From assembly GCA_029567705.1 (NCBI GenBank), contig JAKPXC010000040.1, positions 774 through 64,773 of the forward strand: a stretch of DNA of 64,000 bases, read 5' to 3'. Below are positions 10,801 through 19,616 of the stretch, piece after piece (position 1 is the stretch's first letter; every line of letters begins with the position of its first letter). The notes under the pieces were generated by a model that was not told where the DNA came from, did not search any database, and worked only from the letters and a program-made list of their open reading frames with translations. Source of the DNA: Candidatus Cloacimonadota bacterium (GTDB lineage Bacteria; Cloacimonadota; Cloacimonadia; Cloacimonadales; Cloacimonadaceae). Made by a program: the position numbers and the translations under genes.

Positions 10801-10968
10801 TTGTATGATGTATCTGGAGCCCTGATCCAGAGAATAGAATTCCCTGAAAGCTCTTCCAATCCCAGAGATCTGGAGCTAGACCTTCGAACCCTGAGTTCAG
10901 GTATCTACATTCTACAGGTTCGCTGTGGAGATCAGAACAGAACGATTAGATTTGCTATTGAGAAATAG
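7825..10968 (+). CDS. Secreted M6 (immune inhibitor A)-like zinc metalloprotease with a T9SS C-terminal sorting domain
   Basis: Signal peptide. HEXXH zinc site in VIAHEFGHSLGLVDLYN. C-terminal ~80 aa FPNPVTTGLCRLRIEN...YALYDVSGALIQRIEF...LSSGIYILQVRCGDQNRTIRFAIEK is a type-A Por secretion CTD pattern. Confidence 0.8.
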   Translation: MKKLLVFLLTILAVQLVAESMRLNRFDKVSPPRRHPYTSLLREESSPAELQQRRAGDGSDRLLVILVDFQEETPDNPQTTGNGKFFLEDDPDYMFSIGRPPHDREYFLANMEALRYYYLAASAGTLDLQYDVYPQDGSFYTLPQPMAYYNPPGASSELFVSRVEEYFQSSFEIADSRSPEINFGAYNHYMIIHAGSDWQHDVLGDSPSDLPSFFIHVSEDKAVKVDSGAHKIYYACNVPSTISQDFSTYDSGGLTVRSGYGALNSVIAHEFGHSLGLVDLYNVRTFQPMVGVFDIMDSGGSGTMVTGPLDDGSWVAVEGILPALPGAFSRALLFEDEFRRIGLMKDSNEYQLDNDLNIAASSRKNTDGKPIVQIIKVPLSETEYVLLENRSIDPDGDGIPAVITDLDGRVVLYPSPDGDPSETPSYEYDYFLPSFLKSDNSSIGGGILAWRVNEDILYNQGISYPSGEWISNFDNNTVNTVYSRRGVEVIEADNLPDLGNEYSWFWTGTPYEYFHAYKPVLNSDGLFTNWSLIPWKPSFGPNTEPPLQDSYGLPAQNWLEQIGNPSAVMSLKIKDAFFDKSQTVFFDSLSLAVAPIVRTSLSISDEIPVVQSGKLTYLSQPDPDGYWLNMLGDFSHNTLPGDMPIITANQFNDQYEELIVSGKRDISILDVENDVFHEHSINFPDSLSSIPFAVDNALFVATYGGLFKIQNYDVALVNPELGGIRSMVAWDDMIYALIPRKLLLIDTNLVIQSGLDLPEDFGLYEALVFQDASSTELTLILTSNHGNVYTFSNGILNKIFTGDGSLVSQLGLASLRDNAPVIFFGRGSDAYAITLDGSLLPGFPRSVYPHTIEPQAHPKALRLSGNELFYYPLQDRGYIAIGEMGEIHKDKGMFWDKLFRTDYLHWQEANQELLWYYPIRGAKVQIKTLSTTDGNPIIWSGLRNGSTGVFQASVTNPIPTSLPVTAYIFPNPVTTGLCRLRIENSNEKGYYALYDVSGALIQRIEFPESSSNPRDLELDLRTLSSGIYILQVRCGDQNRTIRFAIEK

Positions 10969-10982
10969 CTAGAGGTATCATA

Positions 10983-11960
10983 ATGAAAAGAACATGCTTT
11001 ATCATACTGGCTTTGGTGCTTGCTTGTGCAAGCCTGATGGCTCAATCGTATGAAGACTTGATATTCGGCACAACTTCACAACCTGATAGTGCAAATTCCA
11101 GCTTCCAACCTGTCCAGAATGACGACCTGATTAAGGTAAACTATCAAAGGAAGGACGCTCATAAAGCCATGCTGTTTTCCATGATTTTACCCGGTGCAGG
11201 TCAGTTCTATGCCGATAAGTCAATGATTCGGACTTATATCTATCCTGTAGTAGAGCTTGCTCTGATTGGCGGTATTCTTTACTTCAATCACGAAGGTGAT
11301 AAGAAAGTAGATGACTATGAATACTACGCCAATGGAGAGACTATTACCCAGCAGATTGGAGATTACTCTTACACTGGCCCCAGATATCGCCGTGAGTATC
11401 AAAACAATGTACAAGCCATCCTGATCGCCCACAGTAGTGTTGATGTCTACGACGGGACATTCTTCCGCTTAGATAACAATGACACTCAGCATTTCTATGA
11501 GGATATCGGTAAGTACAACAAGTATATCTTTGGTTGGGCAGATTGGTATCATACCTTTGCGGCAGACGAAGGAGCCTTTGTGCTGGATCTTCCTGAATAC
11601 AGTGATGCCTTTGTGCTCAGCGGAGAAGGTATCGATGCCAGATGGCTCGGCAACCACACAATCGCCAATATCAATGCCGGGAACATGAATGCCATGGTGC
11701 CTGCCAGTTCTTTAGCCAATTCTAAAATGCGCAAAGAATACATATCCATGAGGCAAGATGCAGAAACTGAATACTCCAGCGCCAGGCTTGTCTCTCTGGG
11801 TTTGGTCGCAAACCACCTGGTCAGCGCCATTGATGCTGCATTAGTTACTTCAAACCGGAACAGAATGTCTCTCAGCCAGAGCCCCTTTCAGATGAATTAC
11901 TACACTGCTCTCAGAGAAAATCGCATCACCCCCACCTTCAACCTTTCCTATAGATTCTAG
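10983..11960 (+). CDS. DUF5683-like envelope protein, paralogue 1 (325 aa)
   Basis: Signal peptide. LPGAGQFY motif followed by a hydrophobic helix. Y/D/E-rich middle region. LVANHLVSAIDAAL helix. Ends ...FNLSYRF. Lies 14 nt after the protease gene. Confidence 0.6.
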   Translation: MKRTCFIILALVLACASLMAQSYEDLIFGTTSQPDSANSSFQPVQNDDLIKVNYQRKDAHKAMLFSMILPGAGQFYADKSMIRTYIYPVVELALIGGILYFNHEGDKKVDDYEYYANGETITQQIGDYSYTGPRYRREYQNNVQAILIAHSSVDVYDGTFFRLDNNDTQHFYEDIGKYNKYIFGWADWYHTFAADEGAFVLDLPEYSDAFVLSGEGIDARWLGNHTIANINAGNMNAMVPASSLANSKMRKEYISMRQDAETEYSSARLVSLGLVANHLVSAIDAALVTSNRNRMSLSQSPFQMNYYTALRENRITPTFNLSYRF

Positions 11961-11964
11961 AGAA

Positions 11965-12645
11965 ATGAAACAGACTCGACTGCTTGCTGCTATCCTACTA
12001 ATCAGCTTGTCCTTGCCACTTGCCGGCTTGCCCAAGATAGCTCATGTGGGAATGTCTGCAATCTTGCCAGGCAGCGGACAGATCAGCTTGGGGAAGGTGA
12101 ACCGTGGGGCAGTAATGCTCACCGCCGACCTCCTGAGTATCTCCATGATGCTGCAATCTTCTGCAGAGATCAGATCTTTGGAACGCTCTTATACCGAACT
12201 GGCCAGAGTCTATGCAGGAGTTGAAAGCGCTCCGGATGATCGGTTCTGGCAGGATATGCAGAGATATCGCAGCAGTGATGAATTCAACCAAAGACAAGAG
12301 ATGCTGGCTCGCAACTACTATCTGCTTTACCTCACACCCAATGATGAGTACTCTTACAATGACTATCTTCAGATGTATCAGGAGTACCTTGCTGCCAATA
12401 CCTACGGCGAAGATGAATCCTGGAATTGGGAAAGCGACATCCAATGGAAGAAGTACAGAAACACCCGGGCAGATTATCAGGAAACCAAGCTCCTCAAGAA
12501 TCTCTTCATCGGTTTGATGATCTTTAACCGGGTCTTAAGCGTTATAGACGTAGCCTTTATCAATCCCCCCGGCGAGGCGCAGCGCCTTTATCTCACTCCC
12601 AGTGGTGAAACGGGGTTAATGCTAAATTATCAGATGGGTTTTTGA
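11965..12645 (+). CDS. DUF5683-like envelope protein, paralogue 2 (226 aa)
   Basis: Signal peptide. LPGSGQIS motif. IFNRVLSVIDVAF helix. Ends ...LNYQMGF. 4-nt gap from paralogue 1. Confidence 0.6.
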   Translation: MKQTRLLAAILLISLSLPLAGLPKIAHVGMSAILPGSGQISLGKVNRGAVMLTADLLSISMMLQSSAEIRSLERSYTELARVYAGVESAPDDRFWQDMQRYRSSDEFNQRQEMLARNYYLLYLTPNDEYSYNDYLQMYQEYLAANTYGEDESWNWESDIQWKKYRNTRADYQETKLLKNLFIGLMIFNRVLSVIDVAFINPPGEAQRLYLTPSGETGLMLNYQMGF

Positions 12646-12646
12646 C

Positions 12647-13291
12647 ATGAAACAACTCAGCATCCTTCTTTTGGTCCTGGTAGCTATTATACCCGTGTTT
12701 GGACAGAATAGAGCCGGGGCATTTGTGCTATCTGCCGGTCTTCCCGGTGCTTATCAGATTTCCAAGGGGCATGATTATGGCTATGCCATGCTTGGAGCAG
12801 AAATTGGTCTTTGGGGTACCTTGTTCTTTCTATCAAACGAACAGAAGCTCAGTCAGACGGATTACGTGGACTATGCCATCCGTTACGCCCACATCAGCCC
12901 CGGAGACTACTCTCAGGATTACTACTCCCACCTCAGCAGATACAGCAGCAGTGGTTATGAAGCAGGCGGTTACAACGCCATGATCCGGCAGCAAGCCAGA
13001 GATCTTTACCCTTATGATTCCGCCTCACAACAGCAATACATCGATGCCAACATCTATCCTGAAGAACTCGGTTGGCAATGGGAATCCCTGGCCAATCGCA
13101 GGGAATACAACAAGATCAGGATCTACAACAAGAATCTGAAGGACTATTCCAAGATCGCCACCGGCGTTCTGGTGCTCAACCACCTTATCAGCACCATAGA
13201 TTTCCTGCGTTACCCTCTGGGAGATAACAGCAGGGTGTCTTTTGGCTTTAATGGAGATAAAACCATGCTCCTGATGGACTATAAATTCTAG
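12647..13291 (+). CDS. DUF5683-like envelope protein, paralogue 3 (214 aa)
   Basis: Signal peptide. LPGAYQIS motif. VLNHLISTIDFL helix. Ends ...LLMDYKF. 1-nt gap from paralogue 2. Confidence 0.6.
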   Translation: MKQLSILLLVLVAIIPVFGQNRAGAFVLSAGLPGAYQISKGHDYGYAMLGAEIGLWGTLFFLSNEQKLSQTDYVDYAIRYAHISPGDYSQDYYSHLSRYSSSGYEAGGYNAMIRQQARDLYPYDSASQQQYIDANIYPEELGWQWESLANRREYNKIRIYNKNLKDYSKIATGVLVLNHLISTIDFLRYPLGDNSRVSFGFNGDKTMLLMDYKF

Positions 13292-13442
13292 CAGTAATGC
13301 TTATCCAGACTGGTATGAATAGTATGATCAAGCTCACTCAAGCCACTCTTGTGGAAAAAATGCCAAAAAAGAATGTATTTTGGGGCTGATTTTGCTTGAC
13401 ATATTATTGCCTGTACATTAGAAGCGTACTGAGAGGTTTAAA

Positions 13443-14159
13443 ATGAATAAGCTCATATTGATCGTAGCTCTGATGGCTCTTCTGGGAGCCAGCCTTGGAG
13501 CTGTGTCCATATTTGATATACAATACACCGGCAATCCCGGCATCGATAATACCTATCCCTCCCAATATGTTGGCCGCAGAGTCACTTTGGAAGGTGTTGT
13601 TACCGCCACGGATTATCGCACCGGTGGTTTTATCCTGAGCGAGACTATTGGCGGCCCCTATCGTGCCATCCTGGTTTCTGAAAGAAGAAACAGTGTCCAG
13701 ATCGGCGACTATCTCCAGCTTAGCGGAACCGTCTCCGAAACTTATGGAATGACCTGCATTGAAGATATCAGCTCCATCCGCATCCTGGACCGCAACTATC
13801 CCTTACCTCAGCCTCTTACTTTAAGCACAGCCCAGATTTCCGGGGCAGATGAATCTGAAGCCTATGAAAGTGTGCTGGTGCGCGTGATAAATGCCAGTTC
13901 GTTGGGAAACAGATCTGCCCGAGGCCGTTTTTCCGTTACCGACGGTAGTGGCCAGTGCAGTATTGTACTCAATAGCTTTGGCGGAAACCTCAATATCAAT
14001 CCTTCCGTAGGAACTATCTTCAGCCAGATTCAAGGCATTGTGGTTTTTTCTCATAGTGAATACAGCCTCAATCCGGTTGGTTCGCAAGGAATAGGCATAG
14101 CCGCTCCGGTTCATAACCAAACCCGAAGCTGGGGCAGAATTAAATCAATTTATAGATAA
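13443..14159 (+). CDS. Secreted hypothetical protein, possibly two OB-fold-like beta-barrel domains
   Basis: GAGAGG Shine-Dalgarno (SD) sequence. Signal peptide MNKLILIVALMALLGASLGA. SIFDIQYTGNPG...VTLEGVVTATDYRTGGFILSE resembles N-terminal modules of secreted nucleases or DUF5689 proteins, from memory only. Confidence 0.55.
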   Translation: MNKLILIVALMALLGASLGAVSIFDIQYTGNPGIDNTYPSQYVGRRVTLEGVVTATDYRTGGFILSETIGGPYRAILVSERRNSVQIGDYLQLSGTVSETYGMTCIEDISSIRILDRNYPLPQPLTLSTAQISGADESEAYESVLVRVINASSLGNRSARGRFSVTDGSGQCSIVLNSFGGNLNINPSVGTIFSQIQGIVVFSHSEYSLNPVGSQGIGIAAPVHNQTRSWGRIKSIYR

Positions 14160-14176
14160 ACAACGAGGTAATGATT

Positions 14177-14554
14177 ATGAAAAAGATCTTCAAGTCCCTT
14201 CTGTTAATTGGTGGAACAGCCTTAGCAGCTCATTTTGGTTACAAAGCCTACAAGCGGGTCAATGGTAGCGTTAAGCTCTCCAAATCATTACCCGAATTCC
14301 TGAACAACGTCTATGGTGAGATGCCCAAAGTCAATATCACCAGTGGTCTTGGCAACATGATTATCAAAGTGCTCTTCAGCCAGGAGATCATTGATAAACA
14401 CTCCGATATTGAGACGACGACCAGAGAATACATCGAAGATTTCTATCCGGAACTTGCCAAGTGCACAGTCGATGTAACAGTGAGCCCGATGAATTCTGAA
14501 GAAGAAACACAGGACAACTGCTGCGAAGGCGAAGAAGAAGCCGAAGAAGCCTGA
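14177..14554 (+). CDS. Small membrane-anchored protein with an acidic Cys-containing tail
   Basis: Start set at the second ATG (14177), which has better spacing to GAGG. One N-terminal TM helix. C-terminus EEETQDNCCEGEEEAEEA. Confidence 0.5.
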   Translation: MKKIFKSLLLIGGTALAAHFGYKAYKRVNGSVKLSKSLPEFLNNVYGEMPKVNITSGLGNMIIKVLFSQEIIDKHSDIETTTREYIEDFYPELAKCTVDVTVSPMNSEEETQDNCCEGEEEAEEA

Positions 14555-14577
14555 TTGTACTTTCCTGTAAAGCTTTA

Positions 14578-14604
14578 GCGGGTCATTTATGATCCGCTTT
14601 TTTT
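14578..14604 (+). terminator. Rho-independent terminator
   Basis: GCGGGTC-atttat-GATCCGC followed by TTTTTTT. Confidence 0.75.
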
Positions 14605-14677
14605 GTCCGTACCGATCAATCTTGCCTTAACCTGAACTCAGGATGGCTATCCCCTGCTTCATTACCCAGCCTCCATG

Positions 14678-14760
14678 GCTTCCTGATTCAATTCCTTAAC
14701 CTATCCTAAACCCATCCTTAACCTCAGTTAAGGAAACTCTTATCCTGCGGTAAGTTAGCA
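14678..14760 (-). repeat. GGTTAAGGAT-unit intergenic element, copy 2 (3 units)
   Basis: The reverse complement reads gcTAACTTAccGCAGGATAAGagTTTCCTTAACtgagGTTAAGGATGGGTTTAGGATAGGTTAAGGAattgaATCAGGAAG. An extra degenerate unit (ctgagttcaGGTTAAGGCa) lies further on at ~14617-14640. Confidence 0.9.
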
Positions 14761-14888
14761 ATAAGCGGCATTATAAGCATTCTATCTACTTGTCATAGAG
14801 GATGTTATCGTATGATGAGATAAGCTGATGAGACTCCGCCTGAAAGAAGGTTGAGACCGTTTTATCTGGCCTGAGATAACCTTGGTGG

Positions 14889-16157
14889 CTATATCTGAAT
14901 CAGACCGTCTTCATAGATGGCGTTGGGTTCCAGGAAGAACAGTTCACCCAGATGCGCCTGCTTAGATATATACCCTCTGATATAGTGATCACTCAGGAAG
15001 CTGGCAAGTTCACTCTCGATTTTATCAATAACTCCCCTAAGCGAGACTCTATTCTCTAGAATCTTTTGTCTGTAGGCGGTTTTCAGATCTTCTGCCATGG
15101 AGATCAAACGGTTTGAACGTTCCTGGGCTATAGTGCCATTGATCTGGTTCGGCATAGTAGCTGCCGGTGTGCCTTTTCGTTTGGAGTATTGGAACACGTG
15201 CAAGTAGCAAAGGGGACTCTCCTGAAGGAACTTATAAGTCTCCATAAATTCTGCCTCGGTTTCTCCGGGGAAAGCACAGATGATGTCTCCCCCGATTGCT
15301 GCGTGAGGAAGGTTTGAGGTTATCTTCTCAAGTAAATCACTTAAATGCTTTTGCTTATATACGCGTCCCATCCGACCGAGCACGCTATCCGCGACTGACT
15401 GGATAGCGAGATGGAAATGAGGTGCGATTTTCTTCGAGCAAGTTACCTGCTCCAGCAGTTCATCTGTAAAGAGCTGAGGTTCTAGGGAACTGAGGCGAAT
15501 GATCTCCAGTCCTTCTATCTCTTCCAGCTTCCTCAACAAGCCGGAAAGACCCAGCTTGCCATCCCGGTAGAGACCTAGATTGACGCCGCCCAGGACTATC
15601 TCTTTATAGCCAGAAGCCACGAAAGTCTGCGCCTGCAAGATCACATCTTCCGCTCGAGCGCTGCGATTGTGTCCTCTTCCGTAAGGCACCGCACAATAGC
15701 TGCAATAGAAATCACAGCCGTCCTGAATCTTCTGAAAAGCCCGGCTTCTATCCAACATTCCTTTCTGAAGGTGGAAATTGAAAGCTTCTGCCTGCATGAT
15801 GTCCATGAATCCCGGATCAGACTGTTGAACCAGTTCCTTCAAATCAAGTTTGTGCTGATTATCTATGACGTAGTCTACAGCTCCAAGGCTAAGCACTTCC
15901 TCCCGACTTCTCTGAGAATAACATCCGGTTACCACTATTTTCATGGCAGGATTGGCTTCCTTGACCTTCAAGGCCCGGCGGATCAGGTTTCTGCTCTTGA
16001 AATCGGTTCGATTTGTGACGGTGCAGGTGTTTATCAGGTATAGATCAGCAGGCTCGCCGAACTCCACCAGAATAGCGTCGTCAAAGGCTCCCACCATAGC
16101 AGCCGATTCTGCTTGATTGGTTTTGCAACCAAGGGTTGCGACAGCTATCCTGATCAT
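14889..16157 (-). CDS. mtaB: tRNA threonylcarbamoyladenosine methylthiotransferase MtaB (radical SAM)
   Basis: [22 protein letters not shown]-terminus. CDFYCSYCAVPYGRG radical-SAM CxxxCxxC motif. Confidence 0.8.
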   Translation of the reverse strand: MIRIAVATLGCKTNQAESAAMVGAFDDAILVEFGEPADLYLINTCTVTNRTDFKSRNLIRRALKVKEANPAMKIVVTGCYSQRSREEVLSLGAVDYVIDNQHKLDLKELVQQSDPGFMDIMQAEAFNFHLQKGMLDRSRAFQKIQDGCDFYCSYCAVPYGRGHNRSARAEDVILQAQTFVASGYKEIVLGGVNLGLYRDGKLGLSGLLRKLEEIEGLEIIRLSSLEPQLFTDELLEQVTCSKKIAPHFHLAIQSVADSVLGRMGRVYKQKHLSDLLEKITSNLPHAAIGGDIICAFPGETEAEFMETYKFLQESPLCYLHVFQYSKRKGTPAATMPNQINGTIAQERSNRLISMAEDLKTAYRQKILENRVSLRGVIDKIESELASFLSDHYIRGYISKQAHLGELFFLEPNAIYEDGLIQI

Positions 16158-16759
16158 GAACGGGAGGTCAGATACTTGTAGATAGTTGGTGCGTAGAAGC
16201 GATGTTCAAGTTCCAGAACTCTCTGGCCAATCTCTGCCGCAGTTTGGCAATCTGAGATGTCAATTTCTGCCTGGGCAATTACATCGCCATGATCGTACTC
16301 CGGATCAACCAGATGGATACTAACGCCGGATACTTTTTCTTGAGAAGCATATACTGCTTCGTGGACTCTCTGTCCGTAGAAGCCTTGTCCTCCGTACTTC
16401 GGCAGAAGGGCAGGATGTATGTTAAGAGCGGGAATAGCCATGGCTCTCAAACAATCTGCACTAAGCTTCTTCATAAAACCCGCCAAAACCAGAAGGTCTG
16501 GTTGGTAGGATTGCACCATTTTTTGGATACCCGCTTCAAAGGCCTGAGGATCAAGAGATGAGACAAACTCCACAGGCAATCCTTCCTGGCGGCAGTATTC
16601 TGCCACGGGAGCTGACTTCCTAGTGATGAGGACAAAACCTATCTCCACCGGAATCTTATGTTCACGGAAATATTGGTGAATGGCGCGGAGATTAGAGCCA
16701 CGGCTCAATCCGCTGGTCAGAACGGCTATTCTGTAGGTTTTAGGTGTAGTTCCTGCCAT
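16154..16759 (-). CDS. purN: Phosphoribosylglycinamide formyltransferase
   Basis: [28 protein letters not shown] and [12 protein letters not shown] motifs. 4-nt ATGA overlap with mtaB. Confidence 0.85.
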   Translation of the reverse strand: MAGTTPKTYRIAVLTSGLSRGSNLRAIHQYFREHKIPVEIGFVLITRKSAPVAEYCRQEGLPVEFVSSLDPQAFEAGIQKMVQSYQPDLLVLAGFMKKLSADCLRAMAIPALNIHPALLPKYGGQGFYGQRVHEAVYASQEKVSGVSIHLVDPEYDHGDVIAQAEIDISDCQTAAEIGQRVLELEHRFYAPTIYKYLTSRS

Positions 16760-18507
16760 TGTTCAATAGGTACTTCGCTGGGGGCTTGATTCATCAGGTC
16801 TGTGGCTTTGAGTGTCTTGGGAAAGGCGATGACGTCCCGGATGGAATCTGCACCAGACATGATCATCACAAGCCTGTCAAGACCGGGAGCGATTCCACCA
16901 TGAGGCGGAGCTCCGTATTTCAGGGCATCCAGGAAGAAACCAAAACGGTCTTTTAGTTCTGCTTCTTCAAAGCCCAGAACGTCAAATATCTTCTTCTGTA
17001 TATCATATCTGTGACAACGGATGCTGCCGGAAGAGAGTTCCATTCCGTTGCAGACCAAGTCATAGAGCTGACCCAGGATACTGCCAATCTTATCCGGTTC
17101 ATCCAGCCAGGCGATATGCTCTTCTCTGGGAAGAGTGAACATGTGGTGTGCCGGCTCCCAGCGGGTCTGCTCGGCATTCCAGGAGAAGATCGGGAAATCG
17201 ACTATCCACAAAAGGTTAAAGGTACCGGCTGGGATGAGCTTTTCCTGTGCGGCCAAGTGATTTCGGAGTGCCGCAAGAATCTTGCAGGACATCTCCCAAC
17301 TATCAGCAGCAAAGGCAATCAAGTCTCCAGGTTCTGCTTGGGTAAGCCGGTTGACTTCTGTTCTTTCAGTGTCTGAGATAAACTTAGATATTCCAGCTTC
17401 GTAACCGGTGTCTGTAACCTTTACAAAAGCCAATCCTTTCCCGCCATTATGTTTGGCAAGCTCGACGAGTTCATCGGTTTGTTTGCGGGAGTACTTGGCT
17501 CCTCCTTTAACAACGATGGCTTTCACAACTCCGGATTGAGCCAGAGCTGATTGAAACACGGCAAATTGGCTTTGAGCAAAGGTCTCGCTCAGGTCAATTA
17601 GTTCCATACCAAAGCGGGTATCAGGCTTGTCACAGCCATAGCGGTTCATTGCTTCATTGTAGCTCAGACGAGGGAAGGGAATGGGAATATCGATATCCAG
17701 TACGGCCTTGAAGAGGCGCTGCATGAGGCGTTCCAAGAGATCGAAGATCTCATCCTGAGTGGCAAAGCTAAGCTCGATATCCAATTGAGTGAATTCCGGT
17801 TGACGATCTGCCCTTAGGTCTTCATCACGGAAGCATCGGGCTATCTGATAATAGCGGTCAAAGCCGCCAATCATAAGGAGTTGTTTAAAGATTTGAGGAG
17901 ATTGGGGCAAGGCGTAGAACTTTCCGGGGTGTATCCGGCTAGGCACCAGATAGTCTCTGGCTCCTTCCGGAGTGCTTTTCATGAGGATGGGTGTTTCTAT
18001 CTCGTAAAAGTTCTCGTTGTGCAGGAAGTTTCTGATCTCATAAGTGATCGCATCACGCATCAGTAGTATCTTTTGCAGCTTCTCACGACGGAGGTCTAGA
18101 TAACGGTAAGTCAAGCGCAGATCTTCCTCTGCCATTGCTTGTTCGTTCAGTTGGATAGGCAGAGGGGCAGTGTCGTTCAGAATGTGCAGATTGGAAGCGT
18201 GTACTTCAATGCTCCCGGTTTTCATAGAAGCGTTCCTATTGACTTCTGAGCGCTCCATGACCACACCTTCAACGTGAATCACATACTCGTTCCTTATCTT
18301 TTCAGCCTTGGTAAATATATCAGCTTGAGCAGGATCTATCAGGACTTGGACTATGCCTTTCACATCCCGCAGATCAATAAAGATCAAGCCACCAAGGTCT
18401 CTGCGTTTATGCACCCAACCGAATAGACTAACCGTCTTCCCTTTATCAGATTCAGAGAGCGAACCACAGTAATGGCTACGCTTCAAAACTCCCAGGTTTT
18501 CTAACAC
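16726..18507 (-). CDS. aspS: Aspartate-tRNA ligase
   Basis: RSHYCGSL...[21 protein letters not shown]-fold N-terminus. Class II motif [20 protein letters not shown]. Confidence 0.93.
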   Translation of the reverse strand: MLENLGVLKRSHYCGSLSESDKGKTVSLFGWVHKRRDLGGLIFIDLRDVKGIVQVLIDPAQADIFTKAEKIRNEYVIHVEGVVMERSEVNRNASMKTGSIEVHASNLHILNDTAPLPIQLNEQAMAEEDLRLTYRYLDLRREKLQKILLMRDAITYEIRNFLHNENFYEIETPILMKSTPEGARDYLVPSRIHPGKFYALPQSPQIFKQLLMIGGFDRYYQIARCFRDEDLRADRQPEFTQLDIELSFATQDEIFDLLERLMQRLFKAVLDIDIPIPFPRLSYNEAMNRYGCDKPDTRFGMELIDLSETFAQSQFAVFQSALAQSGVVKAIVVKGGAKYSRKQTDELVELAKHNGGKGLAFVKVTDTGYEAGISKFISDTERTEVNRLTQAEPGDLIAFAADSWEMSCKILAALRNHLAAQEKLIPAGTFNLLWIVDFPIFSWNAEQTRWEPAHHMFTLPREEHIAWLDEPDKIGSILGQLYDLVCNGMELSSGSIRCHRYDIQKKIFDVLGFEEAELKDRFGFFLDALKYGAPPHGGIAPGLDRLVMIMSGADSIRDVIAFPKTLKATDLMNQAPSEVPIEQWQELHLKPTE

Positions 18508-18554
18508 TTTTTTTATCTCCTAAAGCCTGTATAAGCTGTGAATAATAATGGTCT

Positions 18555-19607
18555 TTAGATCATCTTGATCTGTTCGTAGAGGGCATCTATCTTTTTTATC
18601 TCTTCACCCAGGTACTCAATCATGAAGCATTTCTCAAGGTATTCCGGAGCAGGATAGATCAGGCTGTTGTTGATCATAGCAGGATCAAGCATCTCTTGAG
18701 CAACCTTATTTGGTGTGGCATACTGAGTGTGTTCGGCATTGGCCTTTGCATTCTCTGCGTCTAGAAGGAAGTCAATAAATCTATGAGCCAGTTCTTTGTT
18801 CTTGGATGATTTCAGGATCACAACGCTATCCATCCAGAGACAGCTTCCTTCTTTGGGTAAGAAGAAACCAAGATCAGGGTTATTAGCCATCAATTGAAGA
18901 GCGTCCCCGTTATAAGCCTGAGCAAGCCAGGAAGTCCCGTCCTGCACTTCGTTCTTATAGCTGTCGCTATCAAACTGTGTGATGTTTGCATCCCAGACAG
19001 CCAGTATTTCTCGGGCTTTGTCCATGGCTTCCTGACTTGTATCGTTCACATTGTAACCAGCAAAGAGCAAGGCTGCACCTATCACTTCCCGTGCATCATC
19101 AAGCATGGTGACCTTGTTCCTGTTCTCTTTGAAGAAATCATTAGCTATCACAGACCAGCTACTATCCTGCACAACTGCAGCAGGCACAAAGCTCTTGTTA
19201 TAGATCAGACCTGTAAGCCCCCAGAAATATGGAACCGCATACTGATTACCGAGATCAAATGATTCTGCCTTCTGCAAGAGCTGGGGATCCAGATTGGGAT
19301 AGTTCAAGAGTTTAGATTTATCTAGAGGTTCAAGAAGGCCACTTTCTGCCAGGATACTCACATGATCTCCCGAAGGAAACACCAAATCAAACGACTCTCG
19401 GGAGTTCTTCACTTTAATCAGCATGTTCTCGTTTGAGTCATAAGTACTGAGCTTAACCTTACAATCGTTCTCGCGTTCGAAACGGCTGATCAATTCGGGA
19501 TCTATGTAATCCGTCCAATTGAATACGTAGAGCACTTTCTTCCCACTGTTGCAAGCGGAGAGAAGAAGGGCGGTAATAGCAAGCAAAAGAATAAAGTATC
19601 TCTTCAT
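18555..19607 (-). CDS. Spermidine/putrescine-type ABC substrate-binding lipoprotein (PotD-like); no permease or ATPase gene adjacent
   Basis: Lipobox LLSAC. KVLYVFNWTDYIDPELISRFERENDCKV is typical of PotD/PotF. Confidence 0.75.
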   Translation of the reverse strand: MKRYFILLLAITALLLSACNSGKKVLYVFNWTDYIDPELISRFERENDCKVKLSTYDSNENMLIKVKNSRESFDLVFPSGDHVSILAESGLLEPLDKSKLLNYPNLDPQLLQKAESFDLGNQYAVPYFWGLTGLIYNKSFVPAAVVQDSSWSVIANDFFKENRNKVTMLDDAREVIGAALLFAGYNVNDTSQEAMDKAREILAVWDANITQFDSDSYKNEVQDGTSWLAQAYNGDALQLMANNPDLGFFLPKEGSCLWMDSVVILKSSKNKELAHRFIDFLLDAENAKANAEHTQYATPNKVAQEMLDPAMINNSLIYPAPEYLEKCFMIEYLGEEIKKIDALYEQIKMI

Positions 19608-19616
19608 GATAACTCC

